From the sequence record NC_054915.1: a stretch of DNA of 64,000 nucleotides; one strand, 5' to 3'. The translations under genes and the position numbers were made by a program. Within the stretch, counting starts at the first letter, position 1. Every line of letters starts with the position of its first letter. This DNA comes from Escherichia phage vB_EcoM_G8. Below the pieces are notes generated by a model, which had not been told where the DNA came from, did no database searches, and saw only the letters and a list, made by a program, of their open reading frames with translations. This document shows positions 39,535 to 49,968 of this stretch, in pieces.

Positions 39535-39720
39535 CTATTCACCTTTAGAAATTTTATCCATAACGATAGCAATTAAACCAATTAAAAATGCTACTACAAG
39601 TGAAAAAACATTTTCTGCTGTAGTCAATAATCCGCATATAAATCCAACAAACATTGAAAAACTAAAAGCGGAAGCAGAAATTGCAATAGCAACATTTCGA
39701 ATTAATTCACAGCGTTTCAT
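39535..39720 (-). CDS. Small membrane protein
   Basis: 61 aa, almost entirely hydrophobic; early promoter upstream. Confidence 0.4.
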   Translation of the reverse strand: MKRCELIRNVAIAISASAFSFSMFVGFICGLLTTAENVFSLVVAFLIGLIAIVMDKISKGE

Positions 39721-39744
39721 TTTATTCTCCTCAGTAGTTGATAG

Positions 39745-39778
39745 GGTAATAATATCACTACCCTATCTAAAAGTAAAC
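39745..39778 (-). promoter_or_regulatory. Probable T4 early promoter
   Basis: Minus strand GTTTAC -35 with A/T-rich -10 region; spacing approximate. Confidence 0.45.
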
Positions 39779-39788
39779 GGTTTATAAA

Positions 39789-40097
39789 CTATTTTATTCC
39801 GCGTGATGCAATTGTGTTCTGCCGTTTAACACCAGTCTGTTTAAAGTCATGATTGTCGATTTGATCGGTACGAGCAACTCCGAATGATGATTTGATCTTA
39901 GCCTTAGATCCTTTAGTTATAGAAATAAACATCTCGGAAGCCCCTTTCTTAAAGTCCGAGGCGATTACTTCAACGCCGTTCTTAGCAAGTGACTTCAGAA
40001 TTGCCTCAGCATACTCATCGTCAAGACTCGCCTGAGTATTAATAACGAATGTCTTTGGCGCAGCCGCTTCATTGATAAATTCTTTAAATGTTTTCAT
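39789..40097 (-). CDS. Internal protein with capsid-targeting leader (ipI-locus position, adjacent to 57B)
   Basis: 102 aa; N-terminus MKTFKEFINE-A capsid-targeting sequence; early promoter at 40125-40157. Confidence 0.6.
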   Translation of the reverse strand: MKTFKEFINEAAAPKTFVINTQASLDDEYAEAILKSLAKNGVEVIASDFKKGASEMFISITKGSKAKIKSSFGVARTDQIDNHDFKQTGVKRQNTIASRGIK

Positions 40098-40124
40098 TTT
40101 ATTTTCCTAATTAATTTTGATGAG

Positions 40125-40157
40125 ATAATAGTATCACTACCTCATCAGTATGTAAAC
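40125..40157 (-). promoter_or_regulatory. Probable T4 early promoter upstream of the ipI-locus gene
   Basis: Minus strand GTTTAC -35 with A/T-rich -10 region; spacing approximate. Confidence 0.45.
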
Positions 40158-40169
40158 AACTTTATGAAA

Positions 40170-40866
<697 letters not shown>

Positions 40867-40867
<1 letters not shown>

Positions 40868-41592
40868 TATAGTACCTTTAGTGTATTTTTAATTTTAGAA
40901 AAAAGTTCTTCAAGAGAACCATCATTTGTAATTACTAAATCGCCATCACGAATTGGCAATCCAGCTTCTGTAATATGTGTATCATTGGATTTTTGACCAG
41001 GACGAACTACATGAATTACTGTAGCACCCATCGCCCTAGCCGCATCCATTTCATGATCTTGACGGGTATCAGGAACGATATAATAATCATAACCTGATTT
41101 AAATTTATCAAGATAATCTAAAGCAAATAATTTTACCCAGTACATGCGGTCGAAGTTATTAACAATCAAATCCGTACCTAGGGCTTGCATCAGACGACGG
41201 ACTGACCATTGATCTTCAATATTATTTATAACGTCAATAATCTTATTAAATGCTACGGAATTAACTGATTCTTGTCCTTCGTCATCAAAAACAAACACAC
41301 CCTTAATTGGGCTTTTACCGTTAAGATAGCAAAATGCTTGTTCCATAATCGTGATTACTTCTGATTTAGTCAGATTTAAATTAGTCTCACGATCATAGTC
41401 AATTCCTTCAAACTCTTTACGAGTTAAGCAAGGATAGTCAGTGTTTTCTGCAAATACGCCCCATGCATAAGCCAATGCATCCTTAATAGGACCAGCAAGT
41501 TGGTATTTAACTGCAGAATAATTACTCATGATAAAATCAGCAGTAGTATCTTTTCCACTACGCTTTACACCGCTTAAAAAGATTAGTTTCAT
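40867..41592 (-). CDS. 1: Deoxynucleoside monophosphate kinase gp1
   Basis: 241 aa from ATG 41592 with GAGGAG Shine-Dalgarno; P-loop GVKRSGKDT. Confidence 0.9.
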
Positions 41593-41641
41593 GTGTTTCT
41601 CCTCAAATTTAATTAAGATTATAACACACAAAACTGAAGCA

Positions 41642-42172
41642 TTAAACTTCTGCTATAATTTTTCCATCTTTTTCTACTTGAAAATAGGTGTAAGGAATCG
41701 TTGCAGTACATACTAAAGCCGGGTCTGAATCTTCTGTGTAGCTAAATTCTACTTCAGACAGGTCAGAAACCCAAGGCTTATAAAAATTTATTGACATCAC
41801 GATTTCAGTTTTGCTATTATCTAAGATGTAAAGCGTAATGTATTCAGGACCTGTTTTTTGGGCAGTATTTTCACCTGTAAGATAGTTACTAGTTCCTAGC
41901 ATCCATTCATACATTCCTATCCATGACTTAAGTTCTTCATCAACTATAAATCTCACGATGAGTGGATCGTACTCAAATGTAGCACCCGGTCGTTGTGCTC
42001 GGCCCAGCCCAAACGGCCCAGTCACGGTATCAGTAACAGGTATTCTAATTCCTGGAATAGGAACTGACTGAGCATTTAAAGTAAAAGCAGATGTAGTATT
42101 ACTATGTGGTATTGATACTACAAAGTTAGTTGTATTTGCTTGGTTAAAAATTTGTTGCAGAGCTTGTGACAT
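41642..42172 (-). CDS. 3: Tail completion / sheath stabiliser gp3
   Basis: 176 aa from ATG 42172 with GAGGAA Shine-Dalgarno; position between gene 2 and gene 1. Confidence 0.75.
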   Translation of the reverse strand: MSQALQQIFNQANTTNFVVSIPHSNTTSAFTLNAQSVPIPGIRIPVTDTVTGPFGLGRAQRPGATFEYDPLIVRFIVDEELKSWIGMYEWMLGTSNYLTGENTAQKTGPEYITLYILDNSKTEIVMSINFYKPWVSDLSEVEFSYTEDSDPALVCTATIPYTYFQVEKDGKIIAEV

Positions 42173-42278
42173 ATATTCCTCATAATGCTTTATAAATGTT
42201 GGTGGTATAATGGGTCTAAGTCCCTTCCATTCAATTCCATTTAGAACAAACAACAGAAAAGAATGGAAGATAATAGAA

Positions 42279-43103
42279 TTAGATATTTGACCAGACTTTG
42301 TTTGCAGAGAAACGTTTTCCTTTTGAAACGAACTGCTGAAGTGGCATCAACACAACGTTCGCCCAGTCTTTCGGGGCGATTTCAACAAGGCTACCCATAA
42401 TATTACCAGGTATATATGCCTTAATCATTTGGTCTGCACCCCTAAATCCTTTCACTTGACTCCAATCAATTTTTAATTTCGTTTTATTAGTAATAGTAGG
42501 TGTATTTGCATATTGCTTTAAAAGCTCTTCTAGGAATTGCTGACGAGCTTTAGGTGGAATATAGTGCAAGTTTAATCCGTACATTAAATTATGCTTACCT
42601 AAACCAAGGTAAATTATCAAAGGAAATTTATCCCAATAAGGAAGAGTTTCCTTGTGTTTAGCATCATAAGCAAAAGCATATATTCGTCCCGGCTGCGGGC
42701 GAACAACTTTATGTCCTTTTACTTGCTTGATAGTTTCAGCAAACCACTTTCTGGTTTTATTATTAATTGCTGCACCTTCATTACGAATTTTATCACGCAA
42801 TGTTTGTCTGAATGAATTTATCATAAGCAGTTGTCTTTCTTGCTTATTGAGTTTATTCATTGGTTTTGATTCAAGCTTTTGAATCTTTTCGGCTGTTTTA
42901 ATTCCTGAAGCATATTTTGACATTGCTGAAGTAAACGTAGAGTATTTGATTCCTCTTTCTTCAGCAAATTGCTTTCCTGTCATTCCTTTTGCTTTGGCCT
43001 TTTTATATTCAAGACCTATTTGAATCCATTTCTTTTCGTTTAATGATTGCTTAACCTTTGGAACTTGGGGAGTGCTTTCATTAATTATTTGAAAAATAGC
43101 CAT
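42279..43103 (-). CDS. 2: DNA end-protector protein gp2
   Basis: 274 aa; basic protein; position and size as T4 gp2. Confidence 0.8.
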
Positions 43104-43555
43104 TATGCCCCCTTAAAGCCAAGAGCTCGTAATCCATCTTCTGTTAGAATTCTAAATTTTATTCCACGCTTTTCAGCTAAAGATTGTGCTGCTTTCCATT
43201 TATCAGTGTTCACAGACCAGGTATAAATTTCATTCATAAATCTTTTCTTCGCTGCAGTTGTTAGATGCGCTGGTTTAACTGGTGGTTGTGTTTCTTTTTT
43301 AGGTTTTATTTCAATAAAAAATTCTTGTCCAGAAGAATCTTTCATCCAAATATCCATGAAGTATCTACGTTTTTTCCCTTCTGCATTACAAAAATAAGGA
43401 ATTACTGCTGTTTCACTACCCCATGCAATAATTTCTGGATTTTTATCTAACCATTCAAAAAAGAATTTTTCCCAATTTGATCTATACGTAATTTTTTTAG
43501 GGTCACCTCTATACTTTGATATATTTTTAGGAACCCATTTTCCAGAATATGCCAT
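43103..43555 (-). CDS. 4: Head completion protein gp4
   Basis: 150 aa; start overlaps gp2 region; minus-strand TATAAATA at 43582-43589 upstream. Confidence 0.8.
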
Positions 43556-43566
43556 TGGATTCTCCT

Positions 43567-43574
43567 TATAAATA
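43567..43574 (+). promoter_or_regulatory. T4-type late promoter for gene 53
   Basis: Exact TATAAATA 29 nt upstream of ATG 43603, followed by GGAGGG Shine-Dalgarno. Confidence 0.6.
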
Positions 43575-43581
43575 GATAATA

Positions 43582-43589
43582 TATTTATA
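43582..43589 (-). promoter_or_regulatory. T4-type late promoter for gene 4 (divergent from gene 53 promoter)
   Basis: Exact TATAAATA on the minus strand about 27 nt upstream of gene 4 ATG (43555). Confidence 0.55.
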
Positions 43590-43602
43590 AACAGGAGGGC
43601 CC

Positions 43603-44193
43603 ATGCTCTTTACATTTTTTGATCCGATTGAATATGCGGCCAAAACGGTGAATAAAAACGCGCCGACTATTCCTATGACAGATATTTTTAGAAACTATAA
43701 AGACTATTTTAAACGTGCTCTTGCGGGATACCGCTTACGTACTTATTATATCAAAGGTTCACCACGCCCGGAAGAATTAGCAAATGCTATATATGGAAAT
43801 CCGCAGTTGTATTGGGTTTTATTGATGTGTAATGATAATTATGATCCGTATTATGGATGGATTACTTCACAAGAAGCAGCTTATCAAGCATCTATACAAA
43901 AATACAAAAATGTAGGTGGAGACCAAATAGTATATCATGTGAATGAGAACGGTGAAAAATTTTATAATTTAATATCATACGATGATAATCCATATGTTTG
44001 GTATGATAAAGGCGATAAAGCTAGAAAATATCCTCAATATGAAGGAGCACTTGCTGCGGTCGATACGTATGAAGATGCTGTTCTTGAAAATGAAAAACTT
44101 CGTCAAATAAAAATAATAGCAAAATCAGACATTAATTCATTTATGAACGACCTTATACGTATAATGGAGAAATCTTATGGAAATGATAAGTAA
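43603..44193 (+). CDS. 53: Baseplate wedge protein gp53
   Basis: 196 aa; size and position (upstream of gene 5) as T4 gp53. Confidence 0.9.
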   Translation: MLFTFFDPIEYAAKTVNKNAPTIPMTDIFRNYKDYFKRALAGYRLRTYYIKGSPRPEELANAIYGNPQLYWVLLMCNDNYDPYYGWITSQEAAYQASIQKYKNVGGDQIVYHVNENGEKFYNLISYDDNPYVWYDKGDKARKYPQYEGALAAVDTYEDAVLENEKLRQIKIIAKSDINSFMNDLIRIMEKSYGNDK

Positions 44194-45949
44194 TAACCTT
44201 AATTGGTTTGTTGGTGTTGTTGAAGATAGAATGGACCCATTAAAATTAGGTCGTGTTCGTGTTCGTGTGGTTGGTTTGCATCCACCTCAAAGAGCACAAG
44301 GCGATGTAATGGGTATTCCAACTGAAAAATTACCATGGATGTCAGTTATTCAACCTATAACTTCTGCAGCAATGTCTGGAATTGGAGGTTCTGTTACTGG
44401 ACCGGTAGAAGGAACTAGAGTTTATGGTCATTTTTTGGACAAATGGAAAACTAACGGAATTGTCCTTGGCACTTATGGCGGAATAGTTCGCGAAAAGCCT
44501 AATAGACTTGAAGGATTTTCTGACCCAACTGGGCAATATCCTAGACGTTTAGGAAATGATACTAACGTACTAAACCAAGGCGGAGAAGTAGGATATGATT
44601 CGTCTTCTAACATTATCCAAGATAGTAACTTAGACACTGCAATAAATCCCGATGATAGACCACTATCAGAGATTCCAACCGATGACAATCCAAATATGTC
44701 AATGGCTGAAATGCTTCGCCGTGATGAAGGATTAAGATTAAAAGTTTATTGGGATACCGAAGGATATCCGACAATTGGTATTGGTCATCTTATCATGAAG
44801 CAGCCAGTTCGTGATATGGCTCAAATTAATAAAGTTTTATCAAAACAAGTTGGTCGTGAAATTACAGGAAATCCAGGTTCTATTACAATGGAAGAGGCGA
44901 CGACTTTATTTGAGCGTGATTTGGCTGATATGCAACGTGACATTAAATCACATTCTAAAGTAGGACCAGTCTGGCAAGCTGTCAACCGTTCTCGTCAAAT
45001 GGCGTTAGAAAATATGGCATTTCAGATGGGTGTTGGCGGTGTAGCTAAATTTAACACAATGTTAACTGCTATGTTAGCTGGAGATTGGGAAAAAGCGTAT
45101 AAAGCCGGTCGTGATTCATTGTGGTATCAACAAACAAAAGGCCGTGCATCCCGTGTTACCATGATTATTCTTACGGGGAATTTGGAATCATATGGTGTTG
45201 AAGTGAAAACCCCAGCTAGGTCTCTATCAGCAATGGCTGCTACTGTAGCTAAATCTTCTGACCCTGCTGATCCTCCTATTCCAAATGACTCGAGAATTTT
45301 ATTCAAAGAACCAGTTTCTTCATATAAAGGTGAATATCCTTATGTGCATACAATGGAAACTGAAAGCGGACATATTCAGGAATTTGATGATACCCCTGGG
45401 CAAGAACGATATAGATTAGTTCATCCAACTGGAACTTATGAAGAAGTATCACCATCAGGAAGAAGAACAAGAAAAACTGTTGATAATTTGTATGATATAA
45501 CCAACGCTGATGGTAATTTTTTGGTAGCCGGTGATAAAAAGACTAACGTCGGTGGATCAGAAATTTATTACAACATGGATAATCGTTTACATCAAATCGA
45601 TGGAAGCAATACGATATTTGTTCGAGGAGATGAAACGAAAACTGTTGAAGGTAATGGAACTATCCTAGTTAAAGGTAATGTTAAAGTAGTTATTCAAGGA
45701 ACAGCAGATATAACCGTTGAACAGGAAGCATACATAACTGTTGAAAAAGACACGACTGTTAATGTTAACCAAAACGCAGACATAAGTGTTAAAAATAAAG
45801 CAACTGTTAATGCTGAAAATATGGATGTCAACGTTGAGCAAGATTTAAATTTTTCAGCGACAAATATTAATTTAAGTGCATCTAATACTGTTCATATGGA
45901 TGGCGGGGTTCTTTCTAAAGTATCAGGTGGAAACGTACAGGTTGGTTAA
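44177..45949 (+). CDS. 5: Baseplate central spike / tail lysozyme gp5
   Basis: 590 aa; N-terminal OB-fold, central lysozyme domain (MLRRDEGLRLKVYWDTEGYPTIGIGHL, paralogous to e), C-terminal beta-helix octapeptide repeats (VEGNGTILVKGNVKVVIQG...). Confidence 0.95.
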   Translation: MEMISNNLNWFVGVVEDRMDPLKLGRVRVRVVGLHPPQRAQGDVMGIPTEKLPWMSVIQPITSAAMSGIGGSVTGPVEGTRVYGHFLDKWKTNGIVLGTYGGIVREKPNRLEGFSDPTGQYPRRLGNDTNVLNQGGEVGYDSSSNIIQDSNLDTAINPDDRPLSEIPTDDNPNMSMAEMLRRDEGLRLKVYWDTEGYPTIGIGHLIMKQPVRDMAQINKVLSKQVGREITGNPGSITMEEATTLFERDLADMQRDIKSHSKVGPVWQAVNRSRQMALENMAFQMGVGGVAKFNTMLTAMLAGDWEKAYKAGRDSLWYQQTKGRASRVTMIILTGNLESYGVEVKTPARSLSAMAATVAKSSDPADPPIPNDSRILFKEPVSSYKGEYPYVHTMETESGHIQEFDDTPGQERYRLVHPTGTYEEVSPSGRRTRKTVDNLYDITNADGNFLVAGDKKTNVGGSEIYYNMDNRLHQIDGSNTIFVRGDETKTVEGNGTILVKGNVKVVIQGTADITVEQEAYITVEKDTTVNVNQNADISVKNKATVNAENMDVNVEQDLNFSATNINLSASNTVHMDGGVLSKVSGGNVQVG

Positions 45950-45950
45950 T

Positions 45951-47987
45951 ATGAATTATAACGAAATTGTTGATGAATTAGTTGATACCATACAATCAGC
46001 TTGTTCAATTATTCCCGAAGGTTATTATAGACGAGTTAAATGGGAATTATACAATCCCAATAAAGAAATGATTCAACCCGATAATGGGGTTGAATGGGAC
46101 ACTGAAATTATTAAATTAGATACCCATCTTTACACCGAAAATCCATTTGGTCATTCTTCTGATACATTTACTGAATCATCTGATGGAGAAACCCAAACTG
46201 GCGTTTTTTGTCATAAAATCGGCGTGTATTTTCCAACTCAAACTGCGTTAGAAGATTACGTTGAACAAATTGGTGCAACTTTACTTCCGGGTAATACTTG
46301 GTATGGCGCTGATTTATCGAAACGTGAATTTTTTAAAACTGAAATTGAATATGATATATATCGCATTGAAAATCGCGGAGGTACATGGCATCATACGGGT
46401 CCTAGAATAGATGCTAGGACAATGATCGGTGTTAACAATGACTATACAATGTATGTTAACTTTAACGGTTTAGGAGATTATCGAAGAGCATATTTAAAAT
46501 ATTATGAAGATAAACCATGTACATATGTCGGTTTAACACTAAATTTAAATATAGATACATCAATTCCCGGTATTCCTTATTCACCTCCATCAATTATTGG
46601 AGAGCTTCCACTTAATGCAATTTCATGCGTTAATTTTACTGCCCAATTTCCATACAATGGCTTAACATCTGCAATTATTGAGGCTTGGAACACCTCAAGA
46701 GATTCATTTAAACTATATTGGGATATGTTGCCTGGTATGCCGGCAATTAGCGGAAGTGATTTCGAAAAATATTTTAATTCGGCATATACACATTTATCTG
46801 TAGCAATGGAAGAGCTTGGAAATTCGGCAATTGCTATGTGTCAATATGTTCAGCAACAAGCCTTTATGGTTTTTAAAAATTCTGTTTCACAAGTTCTAAA
46901 TATTGTCGGTGGCGGATGGGATTTATTAAAAAGTTTTTTACCTAAAATAACAATAATGGGCATATCTATTGATATTGAAGATTTATGTACATCAACAGAT
47001 GGTGTTCAAAAATTGAAGGAAACCTTTAAAAATTTTAATCTGGAAGATACTATTAGTTCAATTTATTCTGCAATGGGTTCTGCATATGACTATTCTATAG
47101 AACGCGTTAAAATGTATTCGCGGGATTTAGTTGATGCAATAACAGATTTATATGATTGGGCCTGGTCAAAATTAATGATGGCCGGTGTCGCTTTATCAAA
47201 ATTATGTGTTGATTTAGCACAAATCTGGAGCATGCCACCAATTATTCCAAATCCAGTGTGGTCTGTTATCACTTTAGTGAAGGAAATGATGAAACAAATT
47301 CCTCCATTAGATATGATTATGTCAGGTAATTTTCCTGGATTTACTGCTTCTGATGTATATCAGATGGTTATGTCTATCGTATCTGAAAAAATTAAACAAG
47401 TTTATACTGAAATAGAATCATTAAAAACCCAAGCATTGGATGTATGGAATGAAATTAAACTAAAAACACAGGAATATAAAAAGCAAACGATTGAATTTAA
47501 ACAATATTTATCAGGAATGGCTGAAAAGGTTGAAGATGAAATAACTATAGCAAAAGAGAAAGCATTACAAGAAGCTGAATCCGCTTTAAATGTTTTAAAG
47601 GATAAATATAACAGTATTAAAGACTTAATAAAAAATAAGCAGATTTCTGTGTCTGATGTATTAGATTTAGCTTTGACTGAATTTCGAAAAATTCCATTAA
47701 TTTCACAAATGGAATCATTATTATCTTTAGCTGGAGCATCTATCGATGATATAATGAAAGTATATGAAAATAGCGTTACTAAAGCAAAATCATTATATCA
47801 CGAATTCACCGATGGCGCTCGGTCAATGAAAGATCTATGCAAATCATTATACAATCAAATTTCGACTTTATGTTTGAGTAAGGTTGTGCAATGGATTAAT
47901 AAAATGCTTGGAATATTTGGATTAAGTATTACATTTCCAACAGTATCAATATGCATTCCATGCTTAAAAACTCCTATGAGGAATTAA
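45951..47987 (+). CDS. Large uncharacterised protein filling the gene 5 - gene 6 interval
   Basis: 678 aa from ATG 45951 (2 nt after gp5 stop) to stop 47987 (1 nt before gp6 ATG); hydrophobic segments near residues 286-330, 404-446, 640-672; coiled coil near 480-560; no nuclease or PAAR motifs seen. Confidence 0.7.
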   Translation: MNYNEIVDELVDTIQSACSIIPEGYYRRVKWELYNPNKEMIQPDNGVEWDTEIIKLDTHLYTENPFGHSSDTFTESSDGETQTGVFCHKIGVYFPTQTALEDYVEQIGATLLPGNTWYGADLSKREFFKTEIEYDIYRIENRGGTWHHTGPRIDARTMIGVNNDYTMYVNFNGLGDYRRAYLKYYEDKPCTYVGLTLNLNIDTSIPGIPYSPPSIIGELPLNAISCVNFTAQFPYNGLTSAIIEAWNTSRDSFKLYWDMLPGMPAISGSDFEKYFNSAYTHLSVAMEELGNSAIAMCQYVQQQAFMVFKNSVSQVLNIVGGGWDLLKSFLPKITIMGISIDIEDLCTSTDGVQKLKETFKNFNLEDTISSIYSAMGSAYDYSIERVKMYSRDLVDAITDLYDWAWSKLMMAGVALSKLCVDLAQIWSMPPIIPNPVWSVITLVKEMMKQIPPLDMIMSGNFPGFTASDVYQMVMSIVSEKIKQVYTEIESLKTQALDVWNEIKLKTQEYKKQTIEFKQYLSGMAEKVEDEITIAKEKALQEAESALNVLKDKYNSIKDLIKNKQISVSDVLDLALTEFRKIPLISQMESLLSLAGASIDDIMKVYENSVTKAKSLYHEFTDGARSMKDLCKSLYNQISTLCLSKVVQWINKMLGIFGLSITFPTVSICIPCLKTPMRN

Positions 47988-47988
47988 A

Positions 47989-49968
47989 ATGACAACTCCT
48001 GTAAATTATCAATTAACAAGAACAGCAAATGCTATTCCCGAGATATTCGTCGGGGGTACGTTTGCTGAAATAAAACAAAACCTCATTGAATGGCTTAATG
48101 GCCAAAATGAATTTTTGGATTATGATTTTGAAGGCTCAAGATTAAACGTTCTGTGTGACCTTTTGGCTTATAATACGCTGTACATTCAACAGTTTGGTAA
48201 TGCTGCTGTGTATGAAAGCTTTATGCGTACTGCTAACTTACGAAGTTCAGTTGTTCAAGCTGCACAAGATAACGGATATTTACCTACTTCAAAATCCGCT
48301 GCGCAGACTGAAATTATGTTAACATGCACTGACGCATTGAATAGGAATTACATTACAATTCCTCGCGGAACTCGCTTTTTAGCATATGCAAAAGATACTT
48401 CTGTTAATCCATATAACTTCGTTTCTACCGAAGACGTTATTGCTATTCGTGATAAAAATAACCAATATTTTCCACGTTTAAAATTGGCTCAGGGACGTAT
48501 AGTAAGAACTGAAATCATTTATGATAAATTAACACCTATTATCATTTATGATAAAAATATTGATAGAAACCAGGTTAAATTATATGTTGATGGAGCGGAA
48601 TGGATTAACTGGACAAGAAAGTCAATGGTTCATGCTGGTTCAACATCAACGATTTACTATATGCGTGAAACTATTGATGGAAACACTGAATTCTATTTTG
48701 GCGAAGGTGAAATTTCTGTTAATGCTTCTGAAGGAGCTTTGACCGCTAATTATATCGGAGGTCTTAAACCTACTCAGAACTCTACGATTGTTATTGAGTA
48801 CATCAGTACTAATGGTGCTGACGCGAACGGAGCAGTCGGATTTTCATATGCAGATACATTAACAAATATAACTGTCATCAATATTAATGAAAATCCAAAC
48901 GACGACCCAGATTTTGTCGGAGCAGATGGCGGCGGTGATCCAGAAGATATTGAGCGTATTCGCGAATTGGGTACTATTAAACGCGAAACCCAGCAACGCT
49001 GCGTAACTGCAACTGACTATGATACATTCGTTTCAGAAAGATTTGGTTCTATTATTCAAGCAGTTCAGACTTTCACTGATTCTACTAAACCTGGTTATGC
49101 ATTTATTGCTGCTAAACCTAAATCAGGTCTGTATTTAACTACCGTACAGCGTGAAGATATTAAAAATTATCTCAAAGACTATAATTTAGCTCCTATTACA
49201 CCATCAATTATTTCTCCTAATTATCTTTTTATTAAGACTAATTTAAAAGTCACATATGCTTTAAATAAACTACAAGAATCCGAACAGTGGCTCGAAGGTC
49301 AAATAATTGATAAAATTGATCGTTATTATACCGAAGATGTAGAAATTTTTAACTCATCTTTCGCTAAATCTAAGATGTTGACATATGTAGATGATGCAGA
49401 TCATTCTATCATTGGTTCATCAGCGACAATTCAAATTGTTCGTGAAGTACAAAACTTCTATAAAACGCCTGAAGCAGGTATTAAATACAATAATCAAATA
49501 AAAGATCGTTCTATGGAATCTAATACGTTTTCATTTAATTCTGGACGAAAGGTTGTAAATCCTGATACTGGTTTAGAAGAAGATGTATTATATGACGTTC
49601 GCATAGTATCAACAGACCGAGATTCTAAAGGAATTGGTAAAGTTATTATTGGTCCATTTGCTTCTGGCGATGTTACAGAAAATGAAAACATTCAGCCGTA
49701 TACAGGCAACGATTTTAACAAATTAGCAAATTCTGATGGACGCGACAAATACTATGTTATCGGTGAAATAAATTATCCGGCTGACATGATTTATTGGAAT
49801 ATCGCTAAAATTAATTTAACATCTGAAAAATTTGAAGCTCAGACTATTGAATTATATTCTGACCCAACCGATGATGTTATCTTTACTCGCGATGGTTCAC
49901 TGATTGTATTTGAAAATGACTTACGTCCACAATACTTAACTATCGATTTGGAGCCTATATCACAATGA
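47989..49968 (+). CDS. 6: Baseplate wedge protein gp6
   Basis: 659 aa; N-terminus MTTPVNYQLTRTANAIPEIFVGG; size and order as T4 gp6. Confidence 0.95.
   Translation: MTTPVNYQLTRTANAIPEIFVGGTFAEIKQNLIEWLNGQNEFLDYDFEGSRLNVLCDLLAYNTLYIQQFGNAAVYESFMRTANLRSSVVQAAQDNGYLPTSKSAAQTEIMLTCTDALNRNYITIPRGTRFLAYAKDTSVNPYNFVSTEDVIAIRDKNNQYFPRLKLAQGRIVRTEIIYDKLTPIIIYDKNIDRNQVKLYVDGAEWINWTRKSMVHAGSTSTIYYMRETIDGNTEFYFGEGEISVNASEGALTANYIGGLKPTQNSTIVIEYISTNGADANGAVGFSYADTLTNITVININENPNDDPDFVGADGGGDPEDIERIRELGTIKRETQQRCVTATDYDTFVSERFGSIIQAVQTFTDSTKPGYAFIAAKPKSGLYLTTVQREDIKNYLKDYNLAPITPSIISPNYLFIKTNLKVTYALNKLQESEQWLEGQIIDKIDRYYTEDVEIFNSSFAKSKMLTYVDDADHSIIGSSATIQIVREVQNFYKTPEAGIKYNNQIKDRSMESNTFSFNSGRKVVNPDTGLEEDVLYDVRIVSTDRDSKGIGKVIIGPFASGDVTENENIQPYTGNDFNKLANSDGRDKYYVIGEINYPADMIYWNIAKINLTSEKFEAQTIELYSDPTDDVIFTRDGSLIVFENDLRPQYLTIDLEPISQ

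Noticed and set aside
44600-45200. Second lysozyme gene inside the late region
   Set aside because: The lysozyme-like segment is the internal domain of the spike protein gp5 (paralogous to e), not a separate gene.
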